64,000 nt of DNA from an uncultured Nitrososphaerota archaeon (GTDB lineage Archaea; Thermoproteota; Nitrososphaeria; Nitrososphaerales; Gagatemarchaeaceae), in assembly GCA_963838925.1 (NCBI GenBank), contig CAWISW010000001.1, positions 288,001-352,000 of the forward strand, in the 5' to 3' direction. This document shows, one piece after another, positions 29,748-40,214 of this stretch (position 1 is the first letter of the stretch; the number at the start of each line of letters is the position of its first letter). The notes beneath the pieces are model-generated. The model saw only the letters and a program-made list of their open reading frames with translations. It made no database searches and was not told the DNA's origin. The position numbers and the translations under genes are program-made.

Positions 29748-30463
29748 AGGTCGCCGTGATCAGGTTCCCGGGGAGCAACTGCGACCTCGACATCATGGCC
29801 GCGCTCAGGACCATCAGAGGCATAGAGCCCGTCCTCGTGTGGCACGAGGACAGCTCCCTAGGAAGCGGAGCCTACGGCGCCGTCGTGCTCCCGGGCGGCT
29901 TCTCCTTCGCCGACCGCCTCAGGGCCGGGGCCATCGCCGCCAACTCGCCCGCCATGGCGAGGGTGAAGCGCCTCGCAGACAGGGGGACGCCGGTCCTCGG
30001 CGTCTGCAACGGCTTTCAGATTCTCGTCGAGAGCGGGCTCCTGCCGGGGGCTCTGCTTCGCAACTCCAGCTTGAAGTTCGTCTGCGAGTGGACGTTCGTC
30101 CGCGTGGAGAACACCAAGACCCCGTTCACCTCGGGGCTCAAGGAGGGCCAAGTGCTGGGCCTCCCGATCGCGCACGGGGAGGGGCGCTACTACCTCCCGC
30201 CCTCCGAGCTCGCGCAGCTCGAGAAGGACGGGATGGTCGCCTTCAGGTACTGCGACGCGGCCGGCAGGGTCACCCCGGCCAGCAACCCGACTGGGACGGT
30301 GCACAACATAGCCGGCGTCTGCAACAAGGAGGGGAACGTCGTGGGGCTGATGCCGCACCCGGAGAGGGCGACGAAGGCCCTCCTCAGCCCGCTGGGCCGA
30401 GCCGACGGCGCCCTGGTCCTCTCCTCCCTGCTGGTCAAGACCGGAGGCGGGAAGAGGGCTTGA
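29744..30463 (+). CDS. purQ: FGAM synthase subunit PurQ
   Basis: Motifs FPGSNCD, GVCNGFQ, AHGEG, MPHPER. Confidence 0.95.
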   Translation: MKVAVIRFPGSNCDLDIMAALRTIRGIEPVLVWHEDSSLGSGAYGAVVLPGGFSFADRLRAGAIAANSPAMARVKRLADRGTPVLGVCNGFQILVESGLLPGALLRNSSLKFVCEWTFVRVENTKTPFTSGLKEGQVLGLPIAHGEGRYYLPPSELAQLEKDGMVAFRYCDAAGRVTPASNPTGTVHNIAGVCNKEGNVVGLMPHPERATKALLSPLGRADGALVLSSLLVKTGGGKRA

Positions 30464-32676
30464 AGGCGGAGCAGCTGGGGCTCGGGCTCACCCAGAAAGA
30501 GATCGCGTTCGTGAGAAGGTCGCTGGGCCGCGAGCCCAACGAGACCGAGTGGTCGATAATCGACGCCGAGTGGTCCGAGCACAGCAGCTACAAGTCCTCC
30601 AGAGGCCTCCTCAAGCTCTTCCCCACCACGGGGAAACGGGTCGTCCTCGGCCCGGGCTACGACGCGGGAGTCGTGGACGTCGGAGACGGGTACGTGGTGA
30701 CCCTGCACATTGAGAGCCACAACCACCCCTCGGCCGTCGACCCCTACGGCGGCGCATCCACCGGGATAGGCGGGGTCCTCAGGGACATTCTCTCGGTGGC
30801 GAGCAGGCCGATAGCGCTCGTCGACATCCTGAGGTTCGGGCTAATCGAGAGGAGCGGCCACTCCAGGTGGCTCCTCAAGAACGTGGTGAGGGGGATAGCC
30901 GACTACGGCAACTGCGTGGGCGTCCCCACGGTGGCGGGGGAGATAGAGTTCGACGACTCGTTCGAGAGGAACTGCCTCGTCGACGTCGCGTGCGTCGGGG
31001 TCGGCAGGAAGGGGGACCTCATCCTCGGCGAGGCGAAGGCGCCCGGCGACGTCCTAGTCCTGATCGGCGGGAGCACGGGGAGGGACGGCATCAAGGGAGC
31101 CACGTTCGCCTCCAAGAACCTCAAGGAGGACGCGGCGAGCGAGCGCTCCTCCGTCCAGGTGCCTGACCCGTTCATGAAGAAGCTCCTCCTGGACGCCCTG
31201 CTGGAGATAGTCTCGCGCCACGGAGCGATAAGGGGGATGAAGGACCTTGGAGGGGGCGGCCTCTCCACGGCCCTCTCCGAGGTCGCTTCGAAGGGGGGAA
31301 CCGGGGTGGACGTGGAGCTGAAGAGGGTCAGGCTGCGGGAGGACGACATGTCGCCCACCGAGATAATGATCTCAGAGTCTCAGGAGAGGATGCTCCTCGT
31401 GTTGCCCTCCGGGCCAGGCGGAGGGGAGGGCGTGATCTCGGTCCTCGAAAAGTACGGAGTCCCCCACTCTGCCATCGGCAAGGTGACGTCCACCCCAGAG
31501 CTCGTGCTAAGATGGGACGGGAAGGTGGTCGCCGACCTCCCCTCCTCGCTGGTCACCGACGCCCCCCTCGTCAACTGGCCTTACACGAAGCCAAAGCAGG
31601 CGCGGCCCGTCCCCGCAGCCTCAGGCAGAAGGGAACAGCCAGGCCTCAAGGAGGCATTGCTCTCGCTCCTGTCCTCGCCCAACATCGCGAGCAAGAGGTG
31701 GGTCTACCAGCAGTACGACCACGAGGTGGGGGTCAGGACGGTCGTCAAGCCGGGGCAGGCGGACGCCGCTGTGATGAGGCTGCCCAACGGCAAGTTCCTC
31801 GCGATAAAGGGCGACGGCAACAGCAGGCAGGCCTCCCTCGACCCGTACCAAGGCGCCGCAGGCTGCGTGGCGGAGGCGTGCAGGAACGTGGTGGCGGTCG
31901 GGGCGGAGCCCATCGCGCTGGTCGACCACCTCCAGTCCGGGGACCCGTCCGACCCCGAAGTCTACTGGGCCTTCCGCGAGACCCTCACGGGGATGGCCGA
32001 CTACTGCAGGGCGTACGGCCTCCCGGTGGTCGGGGGGAAGGTAAGCTTCTACAACGAGGACTCTGCGACAGGCCGAGCGATAAAGCCGAGCCCGATCGCC
32101 CTCGTCGTCGGCCTGGCCTCCAGAGCGGAGAACCTCAGGACGATGGCTTTCAGGAAGGAGGGGGGCTCGGTGGTCGTCGTCGGCAAGACGAAGCCCGAGC
32201 TCGGGGGGTCCGAGCTCTCATCGAGGTTCCCGGCGTCCGTGAGAGGGATCCAGCCGTCTCCCAGGGTAGACGCGCGAGAGGACCTCAAGACCTGCCGAGC
32301 GGTCCTGAGGCTGATCGACTCGGGAGCCGTTGACGCGGTCCACGACTGCTCCAGCGGGGGGCTCGGCGTCGCGCTCGCGGAGATGGCGATGGCGGGCGGC
32401 TTGGGCGCGAGGGTCGACGTCTCGACCGTACCGGGCAGCTGCGCGACGCCCCTCGACGCACTCTTCTCCGAGTCCCACGGGAGGTTCGTGGTCACGGGCG
32501 CGGACGGGAGAGCGGTATCTGCGGCCCTGCGCCGCGCGGGGGTGCCCCACGAAGTGATCGGGAAGGTGGGCGGGGCGGCGCTGTCGTTCTACTCCGGGAG
32601 CTCGCGTCTCGCGAGCGTCCCCATCACGTCGATGCGCGCAAAGTGGGAGGGCGCGATACCGGGGCTGATGGACTAG
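30460..32676 (+). CDS. purL: FGAM synthase subunit PurL
   Basis: Motifs WSEHSSYK, ESHNHPS, SESQERM, QYDHEV, HDCSSGG. The TTG start overlaps the purQ stop. Confidence 0.95.
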   Translation: MKAEQLGLGLTQKEIAFVRRSLGREPNETEWSIIDAEWSEHSSYKSSRGLLKLFPTTGKRVVLGPGYDAGVVDVGDGYVVTLHIESHNHPSAVDPYGGASTGIGGVLRDILSVASRPIALVDILRFGLIERSGHSRWLLKNVVRGIADYGNCVGVPTVAGEIEFDDSFERNCLVDVACVGVGRKGDLILGEAKAPGDVLVLIGGSTGRDGIKGATFASKNLKEDAASERSSVQVPDPFMKKLLLDALLEIVSRHGAIRGMKDLGGGGLSTALSEVASKGGTGVDVELKRVRLREDDMSPTEIMISESQERMLLVLPSGPGGGEGVISVLEKYGVPHSAIGKVTSTPELVLRWDGKVVADLPSSLVTDAPLVNWPYTKPKQARPVPAASGRREQPGLKEALLSLLSSPNIASKRWVYQQYDHEVGVRTVVKPGQADAAVMRLPNGKFLAIKGDGNSRQASLDPYQGAAGCVAEACRNVVAVGAEPIALVDHLQSGDPSDPEVYWAFRETLTGMADYCRAYGLPVVGGKVSFYNEDSATGRAIKPSPIALVVGLASRAENLRTMAFRKEGGSVVVVGKTKPELGGSELSSRFPASVRGIQPSPRVDAREDLKTCRAVLRLIDSGAVDAVHDCSSGGLGVALAEMAMAGGLGARVDVSTVPGSCATPLDALFSESHGRFVVTGADGRAVSAALRRAGVPHEVIGKVGGAALSFYSGSSRLASVPITSMRAKWEGAIPGLMD

Positions 32677-34107
32677 ATGGGCGCCAAAGAAGCGTGCGGT
32701 GTGTTCGGCGCATACTCGAGCAAGGGGACCGACGTCGTCCCTAAGATACTGAAGGGCCTCGAGGCACTCCAGCACAGGGGGCAGGAGTCCTGGGGGATAG
32801 CGGTCAACGGGAAGCCCGTCTTCAAGCGGATGGGCCTGGCATTCAACTGGACGAACTTCGCCCGAGAGCTCAACGGGTACAAGGGGGGCTCGGGAATCGG
32901 GCACATCAGGTACTCGACGAAGGGGCGCTCCAACCTGGGCAACGCGCAGCCGATCCAGTTCGGGAGCGAGTTCAGCATCGCCCACAACGGGACCATCGTG
33001 AACACCGAGGACCTCCAGAAGACCGTCCTGGCGTCCCGCTCGGGCGCCGACTGCTCCACCGACACGAAGGTGGTGGGGCACAGGCTCCTCCAGATCCTGA
33101 AGGAGGAGAACGACTGGTTCTGGGCATTCGAGCGCCTCTCCAAGGAGGTAAAGGGCGCGTACACCTTCACGATAATCAACAAGCAGGGAGAGGTCTTCGC
33201 GGCGAGAGATCCGAGGGGCTACAGGCCGCTCTGCATCGGGCTCCACGAGAGGTCGGGGACCTACATCGCAGCCTCCGAGAGCTGCGCCCTCACCGCGGTC
33301 GAGGCGCAGTTCATCCGAGACGTGGCGCCGGGAGAGATGGTGCGCCTGGGCAGCCCCAAGAAGGGGTTCGAGGCCTTCCGGTTTGCGCCCAAGGTCGCGT
33401 CCGCCCACTGCTCCTTCGAGTACACCTACTTCGCCCATCCCGCGTCGGTCATCGACGGCGTGAACGTGTACGAGGCGAGGAAGAACGTGGGCAAGATCCT
33501 CGCCCGACGGAGGAGGATGAAGGGGAAGGTCGTCATCCCGGTGCCGGACTCGGCGCGCCCCGCTGCGCTCGGCTACTCGACGGAGAGCGGCATCCCGATG
33601 GACGAAGGGCTCATGAAGGACAGGTACAGGCGGAAGGGCAGCATGAGGAGCTTCATCGAGCCCAAGCAGGGCGGGCGCGAGGAGGTGGTGAAGAGGATCA
33701 TTCCCATCAAGGAGACCATCCAGCACAAGGACGTGATCGTGGTCGACGACAGCGTCGTGCGCGGCACCAGCTCCGAGATCATCGTAGAAGCCCTCCGCGA
33801 GGCTGGCGCCAAGAGCATCAAGATGGCGATAACCTTCCCGCCCATAATGCACCCGTGCTACATGGGGGTCGACTTCCCCAGCAGGGAGGAGCTCCTCGCG
33901 TACAGGGTGGCGCGCGACGAGACGGACATCGAGGCGATCAGCGCCAAGGTCGCGAAGTCGCTGGGGGTCGACGAGCTGCACTACAACGACATCGACGGGC
34001 TCGCGGAGGCGATAGGCCTCCCGAAGGATAGCCTCTGCTTCGCGTGCATCAACGGGGACTACTCCAAGCTGGGCGCGGTCAAGCCCAAGAAAGAGTTGAA
34101 GGCCTGA
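32677..34107 (+). CDS. purF: Amidophosphoribosyltransferase (Fe-S type, short propeptide)
   Basis: Motifs CGVFG, LQHRGQE, HNG, VDDSVVRGTS, PCYMG, LCFAC. Confidence 0.96.
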   Translation: MGAKEACGVFGAYSSKGTDVVPKILKGLEALQHRGQESWGIAVNGKPVFKRMGLAFNWTNFARELNGYKGGSGIGHIRYSTKGRSNLGNAQPIQFGSEFSIAHNGTIVNTEDLQKTVLASRSGADCSTDTKVVGHRLLQILKEENDWFWAFERLSKEVKGAYTFTIINKQGEVFAARDPRGYRPLCIGLHERSGTYIAASESCALTAVEAQFIRDVAPGEMVRLGSPKKGFEAFRFAPKVASAHCSFEYTYFAHPASVIDGVNVYEARKNVGKILARRRRMKGKVVIPVPDSARPAALGYSTESGIPMDEGLMKDRYRRKGSMRSFIEPKQGGREEVVKRIIPIKETIQHKDVIVVDDSVVRGTSSEIIVEALREAGAKSIKMAITFPPIMHPCYMGVDFPSREELLAYRVARDETDIEAISAKVAKSLGVDELHYNDIDGLAEAIGLPKDSLCFACINGDYSKLGAVKPKKELKA

Positions 34108-34113
34108 GCGCCT

Positions 34114-34752
34114 TTGCCCGCCGCCCCGACCTGCAACATAGGAATCCTCGTCTCCGGCAGGGGGAGCAACATGCTCGCCATCATCCGCGCCATAGAGCGC
34201 GGAGGGATCAAGGGCGCGAGGGTGGCCGTCGTGATAAGCGACAAGCGCGACGCGAGGGCACTGAAGTCGGCGCTGAGCCACGGGATCGAAGCCGTCTGGC
34301 TCGACCCGGCCGAGGCGGCCAGCAGGCTAGACTACGACATGAGGCTCCTCGACGTCCTCAGAGACAAGGGAGTGACCACGAAAGGCGGTCTCGTCGCGCT
34401 CGCCGGTTTCATGAGGCTGCTCTCGCCCGAGTTCGTCGACGCGTTCAAGGGCAGGATCATCAACATCCACCCCGCCCTGCTCCCGTCGTTCCCAGGGCTG
34501 AGGGCGCAGGAGCAGGCGCTCGAGTACGGGGTCAAGGTCTCGGGGTGCACCGTGCACTTCGTTGTCCCCGAGGTCGACTCGGGCCCGATAATCCTCCAGG
34601 GCGCGGTGAAGGTGGAGGAGGGGGACTCCCCAGAGTCCCTTTCAGCGAGGATCCTTAGGCAGGAGCACAGGCTCTACCCGCTCGCGGTCAAGCTGTTCGT
34701 CGAAGGAAGGCTAAAAATCGAGGGCCGCAGAGTGGTGATAGCAAGGAAATGA
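34114..34752 (+). CDS. purN: GAR transformylase (folate-dependent)
   Basis: Motifs SGRGSNM, LAGFMR, NIHPALLP, DSGPII. Confidence 0.95.
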   Translation: MPAAPTCNIGILVSGRGSNMLAIIRAIERGGIKGARVAVVISDKRDARALKSALSHGIEAVWLDPAEAASRLDYDMRLLDVLRDKGVTTKGGLVALAGFMRLLSPEFVDAFKGRIINIHPALLPSFPGLRAQEQALEYGVKVSGCTVHFVVPEVDSGPIILQGAVKVEEGDSPESLSARILRQEHRLYPLAVKLFVEGRLKIEGRRVVIARK

Positions 34753-35627
34753 CCGCCACCATAATGGACGGCAGGGCACTGGCGGCGGAGATCAAGTCCC
34801 GCCTCGCCCAAGAGGCGGCGATGATGAAGGGCGCGGGGGCCGTCCCGAAGCTGGCGACCATCCTCGTGGGCGACGACGCGCCCTCCAAGGTCTACCTTGG
34901 GGGCAAGCACCGCGCGGCGCAAGAGGTCGGCATAGGCCTCGAGACCTACCACCTCCCGGGGACCTCGCCTCCCCAGGACCTCTCCCTCCTGATACGCAGG
35001 CTCAACTCAGACAAGTCGGTGAACGGGATCCTCCTCCAGCTTCCGCTGCCCGGGCACCTGGAGCCGAGGGAGATGATTGAGCAGATCTCGCCAGCGAAGG
35101 ACGTCGACGGCCTCACGGCCGCCAACATGGGCCGGCTCTTCTACAACCAAGGCATCCTCGTGCCGTGCACGCCCAAGGGGATAATGGAGCTGCTCCACCA
35201 CTACAACGTCCCGCTCACGGGGTCGAGGTGCGTGATCATCAACAGGAGCGCCCTGGTCGGGAGGCCGCTCATGCACCTCCTCCTCGCCGAGGACGCGACC
35301 GTCACCGTGTGCCACTCAAAGTCCGTCGACTTCATCTCGATCACGAGGCAGGCGGACGTCGTGGTCACAGCCGTCGGCAGGCGGCCCGGCTTCACCCTGA
35401 CGAGGGAGATGGTGAAGGAAGGCGCGGTCGTGGTCGACGTCGCGATGAACAGGGTCCACGGGAAGCTCACCGGGGACGCCGAGTTCGAGGAGGTGTCGCA
35501 GAAGGCCTCCATGATAACCCCCGTCCCGGGAGGCGTGGGGCCGATGACCATCGCCATGCTGATGGAGAACACCCTCATCGCCACCGCGCTTCAGAACGGC
35601 CTGAAGGACGCGGGGGTGCTGAAGTGA
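34749..35627 (+). CDS. folD: Methylene-THF dehydrogenase/cyclohydrolase
   Basis: Motifs KDVDG, PCTPKG, TPVPGGVGPMT. Confidence 0.95.
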   Translation: MTATIMDGRALAAEIKSRLAQEAAMMKGAGAVPKLATILVGDDAPSKVYLGGKHRAAQEVGIGLETYHLPGTSPPQDLSLLIRRLNSDKSVNGILLQLPLPGHLEPREMIEQISPAKDVDGLTAANMGRLFYNQGILVPCTPKGIMELLHHYNVPLTGSRCVIINRSALVGRPLMHLLLAEDATVTVCHSKSVDFISITRQADVVVTAVGRRPGFTLTREMVKEGAVVVDVAMNRVHGKLTGDAEFEEVSQKASMITPVPGGVGPMTIAMLMENTLIATALQNGLKDAGVLK

Positions 35628-36242
35628 TTGCTGCGGGACGCCCGTCGCGGTAACCCGGCAGACGTGAGGGAGAGAAAGCAGGGGATCAGGGCCGCCGCTC
35701 TGCGCAAGAGGAGGTCCATCGCCCAAGGAGAGCTGGCGGAGCTGAGCACCCTCGTCGAGTCGAACCTGCGGTCGCTGAGGGAGTACCGGGACGCGCGGCT
35801 CCTGGTGTCGTACTGCGCCAAGGAGGACGAGGTCCAGACGCGACACATCATAGAGCGCGCCCTCGGGGAGGGGAAGCGGGTCGCCGTGGTCGTCACCGAC
35901 GTCTCGTCCAAGACCCTGAGCTTCTCCGAGATAGACTCGTTCGAGGACGACCTCGCCCCCGGGGCGTTCGGGATACTCGAGCCGAAGAAAGGTCACCTCC
36001 GCCCCATCTCCATCAGGGAGGCGGACCTAGTCCTCGTGCCCCTCGTGGCTTGGGACGAGAAGGGGCACCGCCTCGGCTACGGGGCAGGGTACTTCGACCG
36101 CGCGCTCGCGGGAGCGAAGCGGGTGACGAAGGTCGGCCTCGCACTGGAGTCTCAGCGGCTCCCCAACATCCCGGCGTCCAGGCACGACGTCCCCCTCGAC
36201 GTCGTCGTGACCGAGAAGAGGGTGGTCAGGCCGGCGCGATGA
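35628..36242 (+). CDS. 5-formyltetrahydrofolate cyclo-ligase
   Basis: Motifs FGILEP, RLGYGAGYFDR, HDVPLD. Confidence 0.92.
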   Translation: MLRDARRGNPADVRERKQGIRAAALRKRRSIAQGELAELSTLVESNLRSLREYRDARLLVSYCAKEDEVQTRHIIERALGEGKRVAVVVTDVSSKTLSFSEIDSFEDDLAPGAFGILEPKKGHLRPISIREADLVLVPLVAWDEKGHRLGYGAGYFDRALAGAKRVTKVGLALESQRLPNIPASRHDVPLDVVVTEKRVVRPAR

Positions 36243-36299
36243 ACGGAGCGGGCAAGAAAGCATTCAAAAACACTCGGAGCGGGAGTGGGTAGCGAGAGA

Positions 36300-36743
36300 A
36301 TGCCAGAGGACATACGGGTTGCAATAATCGCGGGAAGCAAGAGCGACCAACAGGTCGTCGACGACGCCGTGAAGGCGCTCACCGAGCTGGGAGTCTCGCA
36401 CGACGTCCAGTTCCTCTCGGCGCACAGGAACCCGGAAGGGCTGCGCAAGTACCTCGCCGGGTCGAAGGCAGAAGTCTTCATCGCAGTGGCAGGCCTCGCG
36501 GCGCACCTCCCAGGCGTGATCGCCTCCCAGACCATCAAGCCAGTGATCGGGGTCCCAGTGAGCGCCAAGCTCAACGGCCTTGACTCTCTGCTTTCGATCG
36601 TGCAGATGCCGCCCGGTGTCCCCGTCGGCTGCGTGGGGATCGACAACGCGAGGAACGCGGGCATCCTCGCCGCCGAGATCGTGGGCCTCCGCGACCGCAA
36701 GGTCAGCGGGAGGCTGGAGAAGATGAGGCTAGCGTGGCGATGA
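36300..36743 (+). CDS. purE: PurE (N5-CAIR mutase/AIR carboxylase)
   Basis: Motifs [28 protein letters not shown]. Confidence 0.95.
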   Translation: MPEDIRVAIIAGSKSDQQVVDDAVKALTELGVSHDVQFLSAHRNPEGLRKYLAGSKAEVFIAVAGLAAHLPGVIASQTIKPVIGVPVSAKLNGLDSLLSIVQMPPGVPVGCVGIDNARNAGILAAEIVGLRDRKVSGRLEKMRLAWR

Positions 36744-37594
36744 GGGGCCAGTCGCAAAAGCCCCCCGGGCGATTCGTCCGGTCGGGCAAGGTCAAGGACA
36801 TCTACGACCTGGACGCCGGCCACCTGCTCTTCCACTTCACCGACCGCGTCTCGGCGTTCGACGTGGTCCTCCCGACGACCATCCCTAGGAAGGGGGAGGC
36901 GCTCTGCAAGATGGGGGCGTACTGGTTCGAGACGCTCGGAGTGCCCCACCACATGGTGAGGCTCGAGGGGAACAACATGATGGTCGTCAAGAAGCTCAAG
37001 ATGATAATGGTCGAGTGCGTCGTGAGGGGGTACCTCTACGGGAGCCTCTTCGAGAGGATGAGCAAGGGCGAGGTCTCCCTCCCAGTGCCGAAGACCTTGG
37101 CGGCGAAGCTCCCGGCTCCGTTCTTCGACCCCACGACCAAGTCCGAGGTCCACGACGAGCCGATCACCGAGGCCCAGATCATCAAGGACAAGCTCATGAC
37201 GGCCCCCGAGCTGAAACAGGTGAAGTCGTCGACGATCCAGGTCTACGAGAAGATGTCCGAGAGGGCGAAGGGCGCGGGCTTCATACTCGCGGACCTCAAG
37301 CTGGAGTTCGGAAAGGACGCCCACGGGAGCATCCTCATGGCCGACTCCATCGGGCCAGACGAGTTCAGGATGTGGCCGTCTGCCTCCTACGCCCCTGGCA
37401 AGTCCCAGGAGAGCTACGACAAGCAGCCCATCCGCGACTGGCTCCAGTCGTCCGGCTACAAGGCAGCGCTCGACGCCGCCAGGAAGGCGGGAAAGCCCGT
37501 CCCGACCCCCCCAGAGCTTCCTCGCGAGCTGGTCGAAGAGGTGAGCCGGAGGTACGCCCACGTGTACGAGAGCATCACCGGCAGAAAACTCTAA
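36734..37594 (+). CDS. purC: SAICAR synthetase
   Basis: Motifs [36 protein letters not shown]. Confidence 0.95.
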   Translation: MAMRGQSQKPPGRFVRSGKVKDIYDLDAGHLLFHFTDRVSAFDVVLPTTIPRKGEALCKMGAYWFETLGVPHHMVRLEGNNMMVVKKLKMIMVECVVRGYLYGSLFERMSKGEVSLPVPKTLAAKLPAPFFDPTTKSEVHDEPITEAQIIKDKLMTAPELKQVKSSTIQVYEKMSERAKGAGFILADLKLEFGKDAHGSILMADSIGPDEFRMWPSASYAPGKSQESYDKQPIRDWLQSSGYKAALDAARKAGKPVPTPPELPRELVEEVSRRYAHVYESITGRKL

Positions 37595-37626
37595 GCGTCG
37601 CACAACGACCAGGAAAAGGCCCACCC

Positions 37627-38700
37627 TTGCCCAAGGAGAACCGAGAGAGACACGGCGACGCCTACGCCCGCGCCGGCGTCGACCTCACCAAGGTCCGCTC
37701 GATCCAGGGGACGATAGCCGACTCCCTCTCAGCCACGTTCGAGACGAGGAAGGGCAAGTTCGGCGAGCCGGCGATGAGGATAGGCCACTACGCGGGGCTG
37801 ATCGACATCGGCGGCCAGAGGCTCCTCGCCATGCACACCGACGGAGTCGGGACGAAGGTGCTGATAGCCCAGGAGATGCGAAGGTTCGACACCATCGGCA
37901 TCGACTGCGTCGCGATGACCGTGAACGACCTCATCTGCATGGGCGCCGAGCCCGTGGCGCTCCTCGACTACCTCGCGCTCCAGAAGGAGGACGACGAGCT
38001 CGTGACGCAGATATCCCGGGGGCTCGTGGCGGGCGCAAAGGACGCGGGGGCCGCCATCGTGGGGGGTGAGACGGCGATAGTGGGCGACCTCCTGAAGGGG
38101 ATCGACGGCTACGGCTTCGACCTTGTCTCGATGGGGGTCGGGTTGGTGAAGAAGGGGTCGCTCATCGACGGGAGCGCCGTCCGCGAGGGCGACGCCGTGG
38201 TGGGGATAGGCAGCTCGGGGCTGCACTCGAACGGATACACCCTTGCCAGGCGCCTGGTGAGAGGCCACAACCTCGACGAGGAGGCCGCGGGCCTCGGCGA
38301 GAGCATAGGCGAGGCCCTCCTGAAGCCCACGAAGATCTACGTCGCCCCCACCCTCGACGCTGTGAGGCGGCGCGAGGTGCACGGGATAGCGCACATAACT
38401 GGCGGAGCCTTCACCAAGCTCACGCGCCTCGTCGGCCAGAGGAAGCTGCAGTTCAGGCTGAGCGCGCTCGAGAAGGGGAGCGCCCCGCCCATCTTCGCGT
38501 TCCTCCAGGAGGAGGGGAGCCTGAGCGACATGGAGATGTACAGGACCTTCAACATGGGCGTGGGGCTCTGCCTCGTCACGCCTCGCGACGAGGTCGAGGG
38601 GGTGATCCGCGACTATAGGAAGAGGGGCTTCGACGGCTGGCAGATAGGCGCTGTGAGGAAGGGCGAGGGCGTGACCGTAGGGACGAAGCGCGTATCCTAG
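37627..38700 (+). CDS. purM: AIR synthetase
   Basis: Motifs YARAGVD, TDGVGTK, GGETA, SSGLHSNG, HITGG, TFNMG. Confidence 0.95.
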   Translation: MPKENRERHGDAYARAGVDLTKVRSIQGTIADSLSATFETRKGKFGEPAMRIGHYAGLIDIGGQRLLAMHTDGVGTKVLIAQEMRRFDTIGIDCVAMTVNDLICMGAEPVALLDYLALQKEDDELVTQISRGLVAGAKDAGAAIVGGETAIVGDLLKGIDGYGFDLVSMGVGLVKKGSLIDGSAVREGDAVVGIGSSGLHSNGYTLARRLVRGHNLDEEAAGLGESIGEALLKPTKIYVAPTLDAVRRREVHGIAHITGGAFTKLTRLVGQRKLQFRLSALEKGSAPPIFAFLQEEGSLSDMEMYRTFNMGVGLCLVTPRDEVEGVIRDYRKRGFDGWQIGAVRKGEGVTVGTKRVS

Positions 38701-38717
38701 AGCCGCGGCCCGCGCCC

Positions 38718-40169
38718 TCAGTACTCGACCTTGGGTCGGCTCGCTTTCTTTCGCCCAGCAAGGATCGGGGAGACGACCTTCTTGAGGAAGAGCTCGCAGC
38801 TCTCGCGGGCGTCGCCGGTGTGGGTGGAGGGGTCCAGCAGCAGCTTGATCTGCTTCTTCGAGAGCTTCGAGGCTATCACCCTGTCCTCCGAGAGGAGGCG
38901 CCCGATGGGGTTCGGCTCGCCCTTCATCACCGACTCCCACGCCTTGAACGACTTTGACCTGATGAGCTCGTGCATCTTCTGCCTGTCCTCCCCCTTCGCG
39001 ACGAGCTCCATCATCACGGCCTCGGTCCCTGCGAAGGCCCCGAACCTCTCCAGGTTCTTCTCGATCATCGCGGGGTACAGCCGAAGGCCCCTCATCAGCC
39101 TCTCGTAGATCGCGAGGCACTCGTCCACGGCCAGGAACGCCTCGGGGATGACGATCCTCCTGGCCGCCGAGTCGTCGAGGGTCCTCTCGAGGATCGTGTT
39201 CGACGCGTTCATGAACGCGACCATGGGCATCACCGAGACCACCCTTGCAAGGGAGCACATCCTCTCCGCCGTGACCGGGTTCTTCTTGAACGGCATGGCG
39301 CTCGAGCCGACCTGCGACTCCTCGATGGGCTCTGAGAGCTCGCCGAAGGCGGGGGACTGGAGCACGCGCATGTCCAGGCCGAACTTGGCGCAGGAGGCCG
39401 CGACCGAGGCGAGCGCCGAGAGGACGAGGTAGTCCAGCTTCCTGGGGTATGTCTGAGTGGAGACGTCGAAGTACCCTATCCCCAGCCCCGACATCACGTC
39501 CTCCTCGAGCCGCCTCACCTTCGCTTCGCTCCCCAGGAGCTTCCTGAAGCTCGCCGAGGTTCCTACGGCCCCCTTGACGCCCTTGCCCTTCAAGAACTCC
39601 TTCCTGATCGTCTCGATGAGCCTGATGTCCAGCACGATGTCCTGGGCGTAGTTCGCGAACCTGTACCCGACGGTGGTGGGCTCGGCAGGCTGGAGGTGCG
39701 TCCAACCCATGCAGACCAGCCCCTTGTGCCTCCTGACCCTCCCCGCGGCGGCGTCGAGGCAGCTCACCAGCCGCCCCAGCAAGAGCTCGAGCCCCTTGTC
39801 GAATATCATGACGTCGGCGTTGTCCTCGATGTCCATGGAGGTCGCGCCGAGGTGCAGCTTCCCTCCCCCCTCCCTCGCCTGCTCTGCGAAGACCCTCAGC
39901 TCAGCCATGAGGTCGTGCTTGATGCGCTTCTCTATCTCGTGGGCCCTTGCTATGTCTACCTCCTCCTCGCCAGAGCTCCTCTTGATGCCCTCGAGCTCTT
40001 TCCCCGAGAGGAGGCCGAGGTCCGCCTCTGCCTCCGCCAGGCTCAGCCACACCTTCCTCCACGTCGCCCTCCTGCGAGTCTCGGAGAAGAGCGCCCTCAT
40101 CTCCCCGCTGCCGTAGCGCCACGTGAAGGGAGAGAGGTAGGAGTCGTAGCCGTAGGCGCCGTCTTTCAA
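38718..40169 (-). CDS. purB: Adenylosuccinate lyase
   Basis: Motifs HDLMA, HLGATS, THLQPA, GSSAMPFKKNP. Confidence 0.95.
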   Translation of the reverse strand: MKDGAYGYDSYLSPFTWRYGSGEMRALFSETRRRATWRKVWLSLAEAEADLGLLSGKELEGIKRSSGEEEVDIARAHEIEKRIKHDLMAELRVFAEQAREGGGKLHLGATSMDIEDNADVMIFDKGLELLLGRLVSCLDAAAGRVRRHKGLVCMGWTHLQPAEPTTVGYRFANYAQDIVLDIRLIETIRKEFLKGKGVKGAVGTSASFRKLLGSEAKVRRLEEDVMSGLGIGYFDVSTQTYPRKLDYLVLSALASVAASCAKFGLDMRVLQSPAFGELSEPIEESQVGSSAMPFKKNPVTAERMCSLARVVSVMPMVAFMNASNTILERTLDDSAARRIVIPEAFLAVDECLAIYERLMRGLRLYPAMIEKNLERFGAFAGTEAVMMELVAKGEDRQKMHELIRSKSFKAWESVMKGEPNPIGRLLSEDRVIASKLSKKQIKLLLDPSTHTGDARESCELFLKKVVSPILAGRKKASRPKVEY

Positions 40170-40214
40170 GTGCCTGCCCTGCCGTCGCCGCCTTGGGATT
40201 AAACCTTGTCGCGC

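Noticed and set aside
29539-32676. Apparent 1045-aa large PurL, and similarly extended SucD (20325) and PurM (37015) ORFs
   Set aside because: The N-terminal extensions are alternate frames of the upstream genes. The real starts are the TTG codons at 30460, 21456 and 37627.
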